Source of the DNA: a virus
IMG/VR virus record: IMGVR_UViG_3300020162_002681
Location: 1-64,000 of that record
Reading direction: 5' to 3' (one strand)
Length of the DNA: 64,000 nucleotides
The translations under genes and the position numbers were made by a program. The notes below the pieces were generated by a model. It saw only the letters and a list, made by a program, of their open reading frames with translations, was not told the origin of the DNA and did no database searches. Within the stretch, counting starts at the first letter, position 1, and every line of letters starts with the position of its first letter. Shown piece after piece: positions 8,895 to 18,030 of the stretch.

Positions 8895-10712
8895 ATGTCT
8901 GCATCGCTTAAACTTTTCGGTGTCGTTTTAGAAAATCGCGCTCCACAATCGATTCGTAAAACCGATTTCATTTTTATTCGGGAATTTGGTATTGTAATTG
9001 CTCCCAACGCCTCTGCCAAAGCCGTAGATATCCGTAGTTGGGCTAAGCAATCCGAACTCACTGGAAACCAACTTAATGGGTCGTTCCACAAGTCTTGGAA
9101 TAAGGTAATGAGCGCTTCAGGCTATAAACTAGCTACGGAACAATTGTTACATTACTTTACTACATACGGATTGGAAGCTCTAGGTTTAGCTCATCCTGAT
9201 TTGGTCTACATTCCAAATGAAGTTCTCAATACCCCTGAACCATTACCTCTCCGTATTATTCGTGGTGTCAGTCGTGATGAGTTAATTTCACGTACTTTCA
9301 AATTACTTTCATCTGGTGCTGCACTCAAGCAAGAAACTATCTCACTAGCGTTCGATTTGTTAGATGAACTTGATTATGTTTTCACAGGCTCGGAAGATAT
9401 TCGTAATCGCGAAGCTAAAGTCTACGCAATTGAGCGCACAGGAATCTTGCCAACTAACCCGATGGACTTATTTCGTTGGTTTGTCTACAAGGCGACAGGC
9501 GAAACTTTACTCATTAAGAATGATGCGCTGATTGCAAAAATCAAAGATTCGGGCTACATACTTCCAAGCCTCTCTTACTCTCAACAAATTGCTCTTGCAA
9601 CGCACTTCAATCGACTCAAACCACTTTGGCTAGCATTCAAGCACAGTGACGCGAACAACCCTGCAATCGTCAACAGCATTAGCAAGATAAGCAAAATCCA
9701 GCACAAGCCTCTCGCGGTTAATCTGTTGAGTAATGTCAGTAAGGTTCGCACAGCAGCAGAATTTCTTGACGTTTTACCTTCTGCCAATATCTTCCAATTG
9801 GTTCGTGCTTATAATCACTTAAAAGTGCGCTTAGCTTCTGATAACGATTCTCAATTGTATTTAGTCCGCAACGGTAAGGGGTTTGCAAAAGAGAAACCTA
9901 CTAAGCGCCCAGTTATTTTTTACGAGACATTAGCTGACTTGTTGATTCAAGAAATTCGCGCTCGATTCACTTACGAGAAAATTTACGTCCCTGACAACGT
10001 GGATTATGCGATTCCTACCAGTGAAAAGCAATTTGTCGGTATGATTCCTATCAACACTGAAATTCGCATCCCTAAAGACGAAAGCTTTGGTCTTGTTGGT
10101 ATTTACTGGGAAGATGGTCAAGAGCGCACTGACCTCGATTTACGTGCAGATTCCATGAGTGATTCTGTAGGTTGGAACTCGTCGTACAGAAATACAAACG
10201 AAGATTTCGAGGGTATCGCCTATTCTGGAGATATGACCTCTGCCCCTAATGGTGCTTCTGAGTGGCTATACCACAACAAGATTATCGACACTTACTCGGT
10301 GAAAATCAACAGCTATAGAGCAGATGAAAATCACTCATTCAAGTTGATTGTTGGGTATGGTGACAACGTTAAGAAAGACTATGTGATTGACCCTAATCGA
10401 ATCATCTTTAAAGCTGATTTGTCGATGGTTCAAGAGGAAATCACTTTAGGTATATTGGCTCCAACTGAAAATGGCTCATCTTTCTTTCTTTCTGGTGCTG
10501 CGACAAGCAATCGTAGTGTCGGGCGCGATAATAAAGTGAGTCAAATTGCACGACAAGCCCTAATCAAGCAGACTAAAAATGTGCTTCGACTTAGTGACTT
10601 GATGGCTTTGAATAACGATTATAGCTATGCTCTTGATGTTGAGGAAGCTAAATACGACCTCGCACCCGCATCACTAACTAAAGATTCGTTCTTGAATCTT
10701 TTCACTCATTAA
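8895..10712 (+). CDS. Large protein with helical N-terminal region and TerD-like C-terminal domain
   Basis: 605 aa. C-terminal VGIYW..DLDL, GWNS and YSGDMTSAPNGASE motifs are TerD-like; also FHKSW, EQLLHYFTTYG and PTSEKQFVG blocks. Confidence 0.7.
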   Translation: MSASLKLFGVVLENRAPQSIRKTDFIFIREFGIVIAPNASAKAVDIRSWAKQSELTGNQLNGSFHKSWNKVMSASGYKLATEQLLHYFTTYGLEALGLAHPDLVYIPNEVLNTPEPLPLRIIRGVSRDELISRTFKLLSSGAALKQETISLAFDLLDELDYVFTGSEDIRNREAKVYAIERTGILPTNPMDLFRWFVYKATGETLLIKNDALIAKIKDSGYILPSLSYSQQIALATHFNRLKPLWLAFKHSDANNPAIVNSISKISKIQHKPLAVNLLSNVSKVRTAAEFLDVLPSANIFQLVRAYNHLKVRLASDNDSQLYLVRNGKGFAKEKPTKRPVIFYETLADLLIQEIRARFTYEKIYVPDNVDYAIPTSEKQFVGMIPINTEIRIPKDESFGLVGIYWEDGQERTDLDLRADSMSDSVGWNSSYRNTNEDFEGIAYSGDMTSAPNGASEWLYHNKIIDTYSVKINSYRADENHSFKLIVGYGDNVKKDYVIDPNRIIFKADLSMVQEEITLGILAPTENGSSFFLSGAATSNRSVGRDNKVSQIARQALIKQTKNVLRLSDLMALNNDYSYALDVEEAKYDLAPASLTKDSFLNLFTH

Positions 10713-10722
10713 TAGATACCTC

Positions 10723-10753
10723 GAAAGGCAGATGCTAAACCGTCTGCCTTTTT
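10723..10753 (+). terminator. Intrinsic terminator overlapping a promoter (GGCAG-ATGCTA-N17-TATTCT)
   Basis: GAAAGGCAGA/TCTGCCTTTT hairpin followed by a T-run. Confidence 0.7.
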
Positions 10754-10793
10754 GTATTCTAAGTAAACAAATAAACAGATAAAAACTAATCAC

Positions 10794-11417
10794 ATGGCAA
10801 CAGCTAAAACCAAGTCCGATAACACCGACGTAGTAATTTCCTCCGCAGCAGCAGCACTCGTCAAAGCAACAGCAAATATTCAAGAAGCATTCAAGTCAGT
10901 TGATAGTCTCACCGAAACTGCCGAAAATCTAACTCGCGACATCGCTAGTAAGAGGGCTGAAATTGAAAGCTTGACCGAAGTATACCAAACCAAATACCGT
11001 CAGTCTGAAGTTGATTTCAATCTGAAGCTGGCAGAAAAGAAAGATGTGACCGTCAACGAGTACTTGAAGTCTGTTGGCAAGGAAGCAGTCGATACCTCTA
11101 TCTACAAGGCATTGCAAAATGAACTGACCAAAGTTGTTCAAGAACGTGATGCTGAAGTCAAACGTGCAGTTGGAATTGAGCAGAATCGTCTACTTCGCGA
11201 GTACTCGGCGGAAAAGAATCTTCTCATCAGCCAGAACGAAACTGCTACGGCTAAGCAACTTGCTCAAATTGAATCTCTTGTCGAACGCAATGGCGCGCTC
11301 AATAATGAAATCGCCAAGTTGTTCAGAGAAATCGAAGCTCAACGTAACTTGACTGCGGAAGTGGCTAAGGCTGGGTCGGTTGGCTCTATTAACGTTGGCA
11401 CACCCAATAACCGCTAG
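10794..11417 (+). CDS. Coiled-coil protein
   Basis: 207 aa, Ala/Glu/Lys-rich heptad pattern; followed by an AGGGG/CCCTT hairpin near 11445. Confidence 0.75.
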   Translation: MATAKTKSDNTDVVISSAAAALVKATANIQEAFKSVDSLTETAENLTRDIASKRAEIESLTEVYQTKYRQSEVDFNLKLAEKKDVTVNEYLKSVGKEAVDTSIYKALQNELTKVVQERDAEVKRAVGIEQNRLLREYSAEKNLLISQNETATAKQLAQIESLVERNGALNNEIAKLFREIEAQRNLTAEVAKAGSVGSINVGTPNNR

Positions 11418-11470
11418 TCTCACGCTTGATTTGGTACACATTACAGGGGGCTTTATGCCCCTTTAATATT

Positions 11471-11900
11471 ATGAACAAAACACTATTTAACAAAATCCAA
11501 GAACGCTACCTCGCTAAGATTGCAGAAAAGAATAGCTGGGGCAAGAATGAAATCAAGCAATTGTGGCAAGCTACTGTATCTGAAGTGTTGGTGGAGAATT
11601 TGACCGATGAATGATACTATCGATAAAATCTCTTCACTCATGATAAAAGAAGAATATGCTTGGAAAGACGCACAGATAATAAAAACTGCTGAATCTACTG
11701 GCATTATGGTTATGGATGAGCTAACTAAGCTTGGTTGGAGTTTTGTACTACAACGAGATGCTAGTACTGGTCAAAACGTGTTGATGTGGGGCAGAGTTGA
11801 TTCTGAGCAGAACTTTATCGAGGAGTCGCGCTTCGAGTCGAAGGTAAAGCAGGAGTTTGAGGCTATTTGTAAAGAGGCTGTGAGGCTACCACTAAGTTAA
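11471..11900 (+). CDS. Two small hypothetical proteins (11471-11614, 11607-11900)
   Basis: Coupled ORFs. Confidence 0.6.
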
Positions 11901-12553
11901 TGGATTTAAGAAATTTTGAAGTTGATTTTGATTCTATAGACTCCCTTAACAGGTTGAGGAATAAGCTAAAAACTAGATTGTGCGAACTAACAGGTAAGGA
12001 AAATAAAAGCAGAAGAGAAACTAAAGCAGAGTACGAAACTAGAAGACGCACTTGTTTTGAAGCATATTTTAGTATTCTAGATACAGACATTACACATCTA
12101 TACAGTGATATTTCTGTGTCACTAGACCCCGAACCTAAATACTATGTCTATGCTCATTTAGATACTAGCAAACCTATTGTAGATGCGAAGAAAGCTAGAA
12201 TAGCTATAACATTTGCAGCCACTTTTGGTATGCAATTTCATCCATTCTATATAGGTAAAGGGGTGGGTGATAGGGCTTACGAGTTATCACGAAACGAAAC
12301 CCATAAAAAAGTTCGAGATAGATGTAAGAAATCTGGTAAAGATATTACTCCAATAATACTAAAAGACTCTCTTAGCGAACTAGATGCTTTAGCTTATGAA
12401 GCAAAACTGATGGATATTTTTGGTTCTATTGCTTGTAATGGCTTGTTAGTCAATATCGATGATGGTCATAGGTCTAGAGAAAGGAAGCAACTTTACAAGA
12501 AACATTTAGAGTGTATAAATAGCATAAATACATACCTACTTAAAGACGTATAG
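11900..12553 (+). CDS. GIY-YIG (LEM-3-like) endonuclease, probable free-standing homing endonuclease
   Basis: YYVYAH...PFYIGKG..DRA, ALAYEAKLM and LVN motifs; AT-rich codon usage. Confidence 0.75.
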   Translation: MDLRNFEVDFDSIDSLNRLRNKLKTRLCELTGKENKSRRETKAEYETRRRTCFEAYFSILDTDITHLYSDISVSLDPEPKYYVYAHLDTSKPIVDAKKARIAITFAATFGMQFHPFYIGKGVGDRAYELSRNETHKKVRDRCKKSGKDITPIILKDSLSELDALAYEAKLMDIFGSIACNGLLVNIDDGHRSRERKQLYKKHLECINSINTYLLKDV

Positions 12554-12584
12554 TAAATACCAATTTTTGTGTTAATATAAAAAA

Positions 12585-12800
12585 GTCACTGAGATTGCTA
12601 GATAACTAGGCTGGATGGGTAGCATAAATCCAATCCTCCACCAATCTAGGGGGATGCCGCAAGGACGTTTCGACAGGTTAGTGATTCTAGCAACACGCTG
12701 GAGTTTTATGAATGAAAGCTAGGCGACACAAAAACAAATGCCAATAACAACATCGTTAAATTTGCCCGTAAGTCTGCCCTTGTAGCTGTTGCAGTTTAAC
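12585..12800 (+). ncRNA. ssrA: Circularly permuted (two-piece) tmRNA
   Basis: 3' acceptor strand ATCCTCC-A-CCA (12633-12643) precedes 5' strand GGGGGAT (12649-12655), giving G3.U70. TTTCGAC follows; TTGCTAGA/TCTAGCAA helix; tag ORF 12740-12799 reads ANNNIVKFARKSALVAVAV*; TG-T-TAATAT promoter at 12570-12578. Confidence 0.9.
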
Positions 12801-12806
12801 CAACCG

Positions 12807-12840
12807 AAGACCTCGTATACTTAACGGTTGCGGGGTCTTC
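12807..12840 (+). terminator. Hairpin ending the tmRNA transcript
   Basis: GAAGACCTCG/CGGGGTCTTC inverted repeat. Confidence 0.65.
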
Positions 12841-12864
12841 CTATATCCAAGGAGTACAAAACAG

Positions 12865-13116
12865 ATGGCAACACTTAAAAACCTCAAACCAGACCAGATT
12901 CTATATAAGGTCAGAAAAGAAAAGGCTGGGCGTACTTCAATGGTTCGCCAGTCCCTAGATGAGATTCGTATTATCAGTGTAGACCTCGAAAATGAAGCTG
13001 TAATAGCTAATTACAAGGGAAGAGAACGAAAGTACTACGAGTGGCAACTCAAGTCGTGGCGCGTCAATGAGCCTCAAGTGAAGGGTCGCGACATTCTCGG
13101 AAACCCTCGCTACTAA
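12865..13116 (+). CDS. Hypothetical protein
   Basis: AAGGAG RBS; 83 aa. Confidence 0.7.
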   Translation: MATLKNLKPDQILYKVRKEKAGRTSMVRQSLDEIRIISVDLENEAVIANYKGRERKYYEWQLKSWRVNEPQVKGRDILGNPRY

Positions 13117-13195
13117 CTCTTCCTCGCGATAGATGACCTGCCCTGCTCCACACGTTATATTAACTAAGCAATCGAGCAAACAACTACAAAAACAT

Positions 13196-13501
13196 ATGAA
13201 TCCTGATACCACAATTGCTTACGAACCTGAAGTTGCACAACAAGTTTTGACTGCTATCGAAGAAGCTGAGCCAATCACCGAGGAACCCGAAGTCATCTCG
13301 AACGACGAGTATATCCAATTGCTAGAACTAGCTATCAATGATGCTGAAGTTTGGGTTAGTCAAGCTGCACGTTTAATCGAGAAAATTGAGAATGGCGAAA
13401 AGGTGAAGGGAACGAAGTTGAATGGCGCAGTGCGTAACGGTCGTGCCAAAGCTTTAATCAGTTCTCTCAACGATGTCAGCAGTGCTAAAGTACTCAGTTA
13501 A
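13196..13501 (+). CDS. Hypothetical protein
   Basis: Start moved to 13196 because the track ATG at 13133 is the -35 of the promoter GATAG-ATGACC-N17-TATATT. Confidence 0.65.
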   Translation: MNPDTTIAYEPEVAQQVLTAIEEAEPITEEPEVISNDEYIQLLELAINDAEVWVSQAARLIEKIENGEKVKGTKLNGAVRNGRAKALISSLNDVSSAKVLS

Positions 13502-13568
13502 TCTCACCGCAACTAAATTGGGTAGGCGAAATACCTCCTCCTACTACTACTAACAGGTAAATTACACC

Positions 13569-14504
13569 ATGTCTTCAATTAAATTAGTTGCATCAGTTGC
13601 ATCTCGCCAACAAAAGCCTCTCAAGTGCCTCATATCTGCCCCCACAGGAGGAGGTAAAACTCTTGGCGCTCTGCTTATTGCTAAAGGTATCACCAATGGC
13701 GGTAAAGTCCTTGCTCTTGACACCGAAAATCGTCGCATGGATTTGAAAGTGGGCGAACCTCTTCTTGACGGTTGGCTTTGGGACAGAGTACCTTTGTCTC
13801 CTGATGAAGTTACTTCGCATCATTACATTGCGATGATTGAGAAAGCTATCGAAGAAGGCTACGAAGCACTTATTCTCGACTCAACTACTCATGAGTGGCA
13901 ATGGATTCTTGCTCAATGGAGCGCTCTTGGTGGTAAATGGGGTGTTCAGTGGGATAAGGCTTCTCGCCCTCACTTCGACTTCGTTAAAGCAATCATTAAA
14001 GCGCCTATCCATATCATCTGTACAGCTAGAGCTAAGATGACTACCGAGCAGCAAACAAACGAATCTACTGGCAAGAAGGAAGTCGTTAAGCTAGGACTAT
14101 CCAATCAACAAGAAGGCAACTTCGAGTATGACATGGACTTCCACTTTAGAATCGGCGGCACAGACAACTACGCAGTCGCAGAAAAGCAAGAAGCGGGACT
14201 TTTTGACGGTGCGTTCAAACTATCCACTGAAACTGGCATTCGACTCAATTCTTTTCTGTCTCAGGGTGAAACTCCTGCCGAAGCTAAGCGTCGCGAACAA
14301 CGCTCTAGATTGAACGAGTTGCAAATGAAGCTCATCGGACTTAAGTTGCTTGACAAAACTCAGGCAGAAAAAGAAATGGCTGAGGTGTTGTCTAAGCCTA
14401 GCGAAGAAGTGATTGCTTATGGTAAAGCTCTTCGCGCCAAGTACGACAAGGCTATTGCTGATGAGACTGCTAAAAGCGGTACTGCTTCCGAAGTGGCTGA
14501 GTAA
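13569..14504 (+). CDS. AAA_24 / Sak4-like recombination ATPase
   Basis: Walker A APTGGGKT, LDTEN, Walker B LILDS-x-THEW, HIICTARAK, FEYDMD. Confidence 0.85.
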   Translation: MSSIKLVASVASRQQKPLKCLISAPTGGGKTLGALLIAKGITNGGKVLALDTENRRMDLKVGEPLLDGWLWDRVPLSPDEVTSHHYIAMIEKAIEEGYEALILDSTTHEWQWILAQWSALGGKWGVQWDKASRPHFDFVKAIIKAPIHIICTARAKMTTEQQTNESTGKKEVVKLGLSNQQEGNFEYDMDFHFRIGGTDNYAVAEKQEAGLFDGAFKLSTETGIRLNSFLSQGETPAEAKRREQRSRLNELQMKLIGLKLLDKTQAEKEMAEVLSKPSEEVIAYGKALRAKYDKAIADETAKSGTASEVAE

Positions 14505-14578
14505 TCAGTCGCAAGATAGATACTTTAGCTACGATTTCTCGATAAACTAATTACATTCAATACAAAAAACAAAAACAC

Positions 14579-14974
14579 ATGGCTCCTTTATTTTCTCAAT
14601 TCGGTTCTGGCAAAGTTGAAGAATTTGTTGGTTACGTCCGTACTTCCCGTCCCGCAAGAGGCGATGACTTCTCTGGGTTCGCTGACCTCGGAGTTTCCGT
14701 TAATACTGCTGCCAAAGGCGCTGGGCAGTATGCCCCAAGCATTTTCCTTTCTGTTCACAGTGATGACGAAAGCATTGGAATTGGCGACAAGGTTTTGGTA
14801 AAGGGTTTGTTAAGAAGCCGCACTGATGAGAGTGGTGAAAAAACTTACCATTCACTCGACCGATATACTTCATTCCCTGTTGTTGTGCTTGAAAAGGCTA
14901 AGGCTAAAGATGGCGCGACTGCCACGAACAAGACTGTGACTGCCTCAACAGACGACTACGACGATGATTTTTAG
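14579..14974 (+). CDS. ssb: Single-stranded DNA-binding protein
   Basis: OB-fold-like GDKVLVKGLLRSR, acidic tail DDYDDDF, adjacent to the Sak4-like gene. Confidence 0.75.
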   Translation: MAPLFSQFGSGKVEEFVGYVRTSRPARGDDFSGFADLGVSVNTAAKGAGQYAPSIFLSVHSDDESIGIGDKVLVKGLLRSRTDESGEKTYHSLDRYTSFPVVVLEKAKAKDGATATNKTVTASTDDYDDDF

Positions 14975-14994
14975 GTTTAATTAGTAATTGTAAC

Positions 14995-15169
14995 AATGTC
15001 GGTTGGCATGAAAAACATATCTCTTTATTTGGTACGGTTGCTTTCTTCAACTCAGTGCTAAATAGACATCCAAGGTCAATCTACTAACTTGCTCACATAG
15101 CCCGATTAAGCTGCCGCGACTTCTAAAGGGAAGGACTGAGTTAATACTAGATAGAGATGGTTCGACATT
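14995..15169 (+). ncRNA. Candidate ~175-nt rod-shaped structured RNA
   Basis: Nested pairings AATGTCG/CGACATT, ATCTC/GAGAT, TATTTGGTA/TACTAGATA and AACTCAGT/ACTGAGTT. Confidence 0.55.
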
Positions 15170-15173
15170 TTAC

Positions 15174-15203
15174 GAGGGGCGACGATTAAGTTCTCGCCCT
15201 CTC
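15174..15203 (+). terminator. GC-rich hairpin, probable terminator
   Basis: GAGGGGCGA/TCGCCCTCTC. Confidence 0.55.
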
Positions 15204-15222
15204 ACACTATTTACTGAACAAA

Positions 15223-15390
15223 ATGACCACAGAAATAAATATCCCCAAAGTAGAATCACTGCACTCTACTCACCTCCTCTCTTCTAAATCCTACGACAGA
15301 ATACAGACCTTAAAAGCACTGCTGAACAAAACTGAAAAAGAAGTTATCGAAATTGTAATAGAACAAGGATACGAGGCATTAACTAAATGA
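15223..15390 (+). CDS. 55-aa protein, possibly ribbon-helix-helix-like
   Basis: MTTEINIPK...QGYEALTK; ATGA-coupled to dUTPase; below the ORF-track length cutoff. Confidence 0.5.
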   Translation: MTTEINIPKVESLHSTHLLSSKSYDRIQTLKALLNKTEKEVIEIVIEQGYEALTK

Positions 15391-16070
15391 CAAAAAAATT
15401 ACTTATCTCACTCCCTCTTTCTGACGCAGCACAAAAATATTACGGTAACTCTGCACCGACGTACAACAAAGTTGGTGATGCAGGGATTGACCTGCCATTT
15501 GTCAATGATGTGAAGCCTTACGATGCTGAAGTTGTCGAGACTATCGGAGTAGTTAGCTTCGAGACTGTTTTTGCGATGTGGGATGTTGTGGTTCCTCCAA
15601 AACATGATATAAGTATGATAAATTGGAAGCCAACTGCAACTAGAACCGTTAGCGACCATATAGAAGGTTTTCTAAAAAATTACAACGATATGGTGACTCC
15701 TTGTCACTTCTCAATCCGACCTCGCAGCAGCATTGGAAAATCTCCATTCCGTCTTGCTAATGCGGTTGGTACAATCGATGAAACTTATCGTGGAATTGAG
15801 AAGATTACAGAATATTCTTTTAAAACTGATTGTGATGTTGAATATTGGTCTGGAGACACTATTGGCTGCTATCTCGACTACCATCCTCAACTTGGCATTA
15901 AAGGTCGTAAGTCACACATAGCTGCTGGCGACCGCTTGTTGCAGATTGTTGCTCCAAACCTTGATAACATCCTTTGGGTGAGGTTGGACTTTACAGAAGA
16001 GAATTGTCAGTTCTGGAGTGAAGTTATTGGTAACAAGCAGAGAAATGGCTTTGGAAGCACGAATGGCTAA
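15387..16070 (+). CDS. dut: Trimeric dUTPase
   Basis: DAGIDL, PRSSIG, GTIDETYRG, GDRLLQ and RNGFGST motifs I-V. Confidence 0.9.
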   Translation: MTKKLLISLPLSDAAQKYYGNSAPTYNKVGDAGIDLPFVNDVKPYDAEVVETIGVVSFETVFAMWDVVVPPKHDISMINWKPTATRTVSDHIEGFLKNYNDMVTPCHFSIRPRSSIGKSPFRLANAVGTIDETYRGIEKITEYSFKTDCDVEYWSGDTIGCYLDYHPQLGIKGRKSHIAAGDRLLQIVAPNLDNILWVRLDFTEENCQFWSEVIGNKQRNGFGSTNG

Positions 16071-17007
16071 GAAACTGTTTGAATATACGCCTTTCATCGA
16101 ATATGCTGGCGAAATAACTGAGGAATCGGGGAAACGCCAGTATACGAGTAAGTGTGGGTTGTCCTGCGCTTCGACCACGACAGTATTAAGCCAATACGAA
16201 GATTTAACGAATGATAAAGGCGAGGATATCCTTGAGGTGTGGGGTGACAAGATGAGAGCGCTCGGTGAAGACCCTGATGAGATATCGGCTGAGAGTGCAA
16301 GAGTGGGAACGATTTCACACGAAATGGTCGAACACTATATACTGCAAGGATTATACCCATTGGGGGATAATGTTGAGAATAAACTGGCGATGAATGCTAT
16401 TGACAATTTCTATAGTTACATTTGTCCAGAGTACGCACACGCTGAGCAACCCCTCTTCTATAATTCGTTACTCGACCCAAAAAACCCAGAGGATTTTCGT
16501 ATTGCTGGTAGATACGACCAATTAATTCAGATTCCTGATAATACTTTCCAGATTCTTAAAACAGGCGAAGTTTTAGAGTCCCAATACATGATATGCGACC
16601 TCAAAACCAAGCGCTCGTACCAACGAAACAAGAACGGTACTATCAAGACTAAAGCTCTCCCACGCACTGATTGCGTAGATATGGTCTTTAAGAATTGTTT
16701 ACAACTATCGATGTACTCCGCCACAATTTCATTAATGTCAAATTTTAAAGAAGTTTATGGGTCAGGAATCACAGGTGCGGCACTAGTATACACAAACGAG
16801 GAAAAAACGAAAGTCTTGTATCTTTCACGAAGAGATTTGAACTATTACTGGCGAGTTTTTAAAGAGATTCTTAGGGATTTTTACGGTATCAAACCACTAG
16901 AAAGAGATTGGAAGACGATGATAGCTCATGCGAATAAAAGGTATAACTACGACACTGGCGAAGTTGAAAACAATATCCCCAAAGAAATTGTATTGGTGTC
17001 AAAATAA
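16063..17007 (+). CDS. PD-(D/E)XK exonuclease (RecB/Cas4-like phage exonuclease)
   Basis: STTTVL, ARVGTISH, AGRYD, DLKT and QLSMY motifs. Confidence 0.8.
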   Translation: MAKKLFEYTPFIEYAGEITEESGKRQYTSKCGLSCASTTTVLSQYEDLTNDKGEDILEVWGDKMRALGEDPDEISAESARVGTISHEMVEHYILQGLYPLGDNVENKLAMNAIDNFYSYICPEYAHAEQPLFYNSLLDPKNPEDFRIAGRYDQLIQIPDNTFQILKTGEVLESQYMICDLKTKRSYQRNKNGTIKTKALPRTDCVDMVFKNCLQLSMYSATISLMSNFKEVYGSGITGAALVYTNEEKTKVLYLSRRDLNYYWRVFKEILRDFYGIKPLERDWKTMIAHANKRYNYDTGEVENNIPKEIVLVSK

Positions 17008-17013
17008 TCTGCT

Positions 17014-18021
17014 ATGCCTAAAAAGAGTAACCTACAAGAATTCATAACTAAATCCAGAAAACTTCATGGAGATAAGTACGATTATACAAAAAGTGTTTAC
17101 GTTAATGACAGTACTAAAGTAACAATAACTTGCCCCTTTCACGGGGATTATATGCAGACAGTTAACAGCCACTTACGAGGCAAAGGTTGCATGGCTTGTG
17201 CTATATTGACTTTTGGGAAATCTAGGTATGAAACTGCAAAGAATGTCTTTGTAGAAAAGGCAAAGAAAATTCATGGTGAGCGCTATGATTATTCAAAAGC
17301 TGTCTACACTGGCGCGAAAGTGGAAATGGAGCTAATTTGCAAAAATCATGGAAGTTTCTACCAGCACGCCAATGGACATTTAAGTGGTAGGGGGTGTCAT
17401 AAATGTAGCCTAGAGGCTGCTAAAAGTACAACTGAAGAGTTTATAAGTAGGGCAAAGGAAATCCATTCTGATTTCTACGACTATTCGCAAACTGCGTACA
17501 TTAAAGCTAATATTAAAGTTATTATCGGTTGCCCTATTCATGGTTACTTCAAGCAAGAGCCTGCCATCCACTTATTAAATCATGGTTGTACTAAATGTGG
17601 TCACAAACGAAGGGGGAAACTACATTCTGAAAATCCTACAGGATGGAGCCTAAGTAATTGGAAAAAGAGTGCAGAGGTATCTCAATTTTTCGATAATTTT
17701 AAAGTGTATATATTCAAATGTTATAACGAAGAAGAGCAATTTTATAAAATCGGAAGGACATACAGGACAAGCGTTTATCGCAGCTATGACATTCCTTATA
17801 AAGTAGAGGTATTACATGAAATTAAACACGAAGATGCTAGAATTATTTTCAACTTAGAAGCCCAATTAAAACGAGAATATAAAAATCTTAAGTACATCCC
17901 AAAAATTCCGTTCAGAGGTATGCAAGAATGTTTCAGCGAACTTCCCATTTCCAACCTCATCGCCAACTATCCAACAAACTACATCCCAAAGACAGATGAC
18001 GCTCCCACTCTCACACCCTAA
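17014..18021 (+). CDS. Probable homing endonuclease with three DUF723-like Zn-ribbon repeats and a GIY-YIG-like C-terminus
   Basis: Repeats of HG-x-x-YDYS...C-x-x-HG...H-L-x-G-x-GC-x-x-C; VYIFK...YKIGRT; G-x-x-ECF. Confidence 0.8.
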   Translation: MPKKSNLQEFITKSRKLHGDKYDYTKSVYVNDSTKVTITCPFHGDYMQTVNSHLRGKGCMACAILTFGKSRYETAKNVFVEKAKKIHGERYDYSKAVYTGAKVEMELICKNHGSFYQHANGHLSGRGCHKCSLEAAKSTTEEFISRAKEIHSDFYDYSQTAYIKANIKVIIGCPIHGYFKQEPAIHLLNHGCTKCGHKRRGKLHSENPTGWSLSNWKKSAEVSQFFDNFKVYIFKCYNEEEQFYKIGRTYRTSVYRSYDIPYKVEVLHEIKHEDARIIFNLEAQLKREYKNLKYIPKIPFRGMQECFSELPISNLIANYPTNYIPKTDDAPTLTP

Positions 18022-18030
18022 ACTACAACA

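Noticed and set aside
8678-8911. 77-aa ORF across the array
   Set aside because: TTG start without an RBS, and it overlaps the structured repeats; probably incidental.
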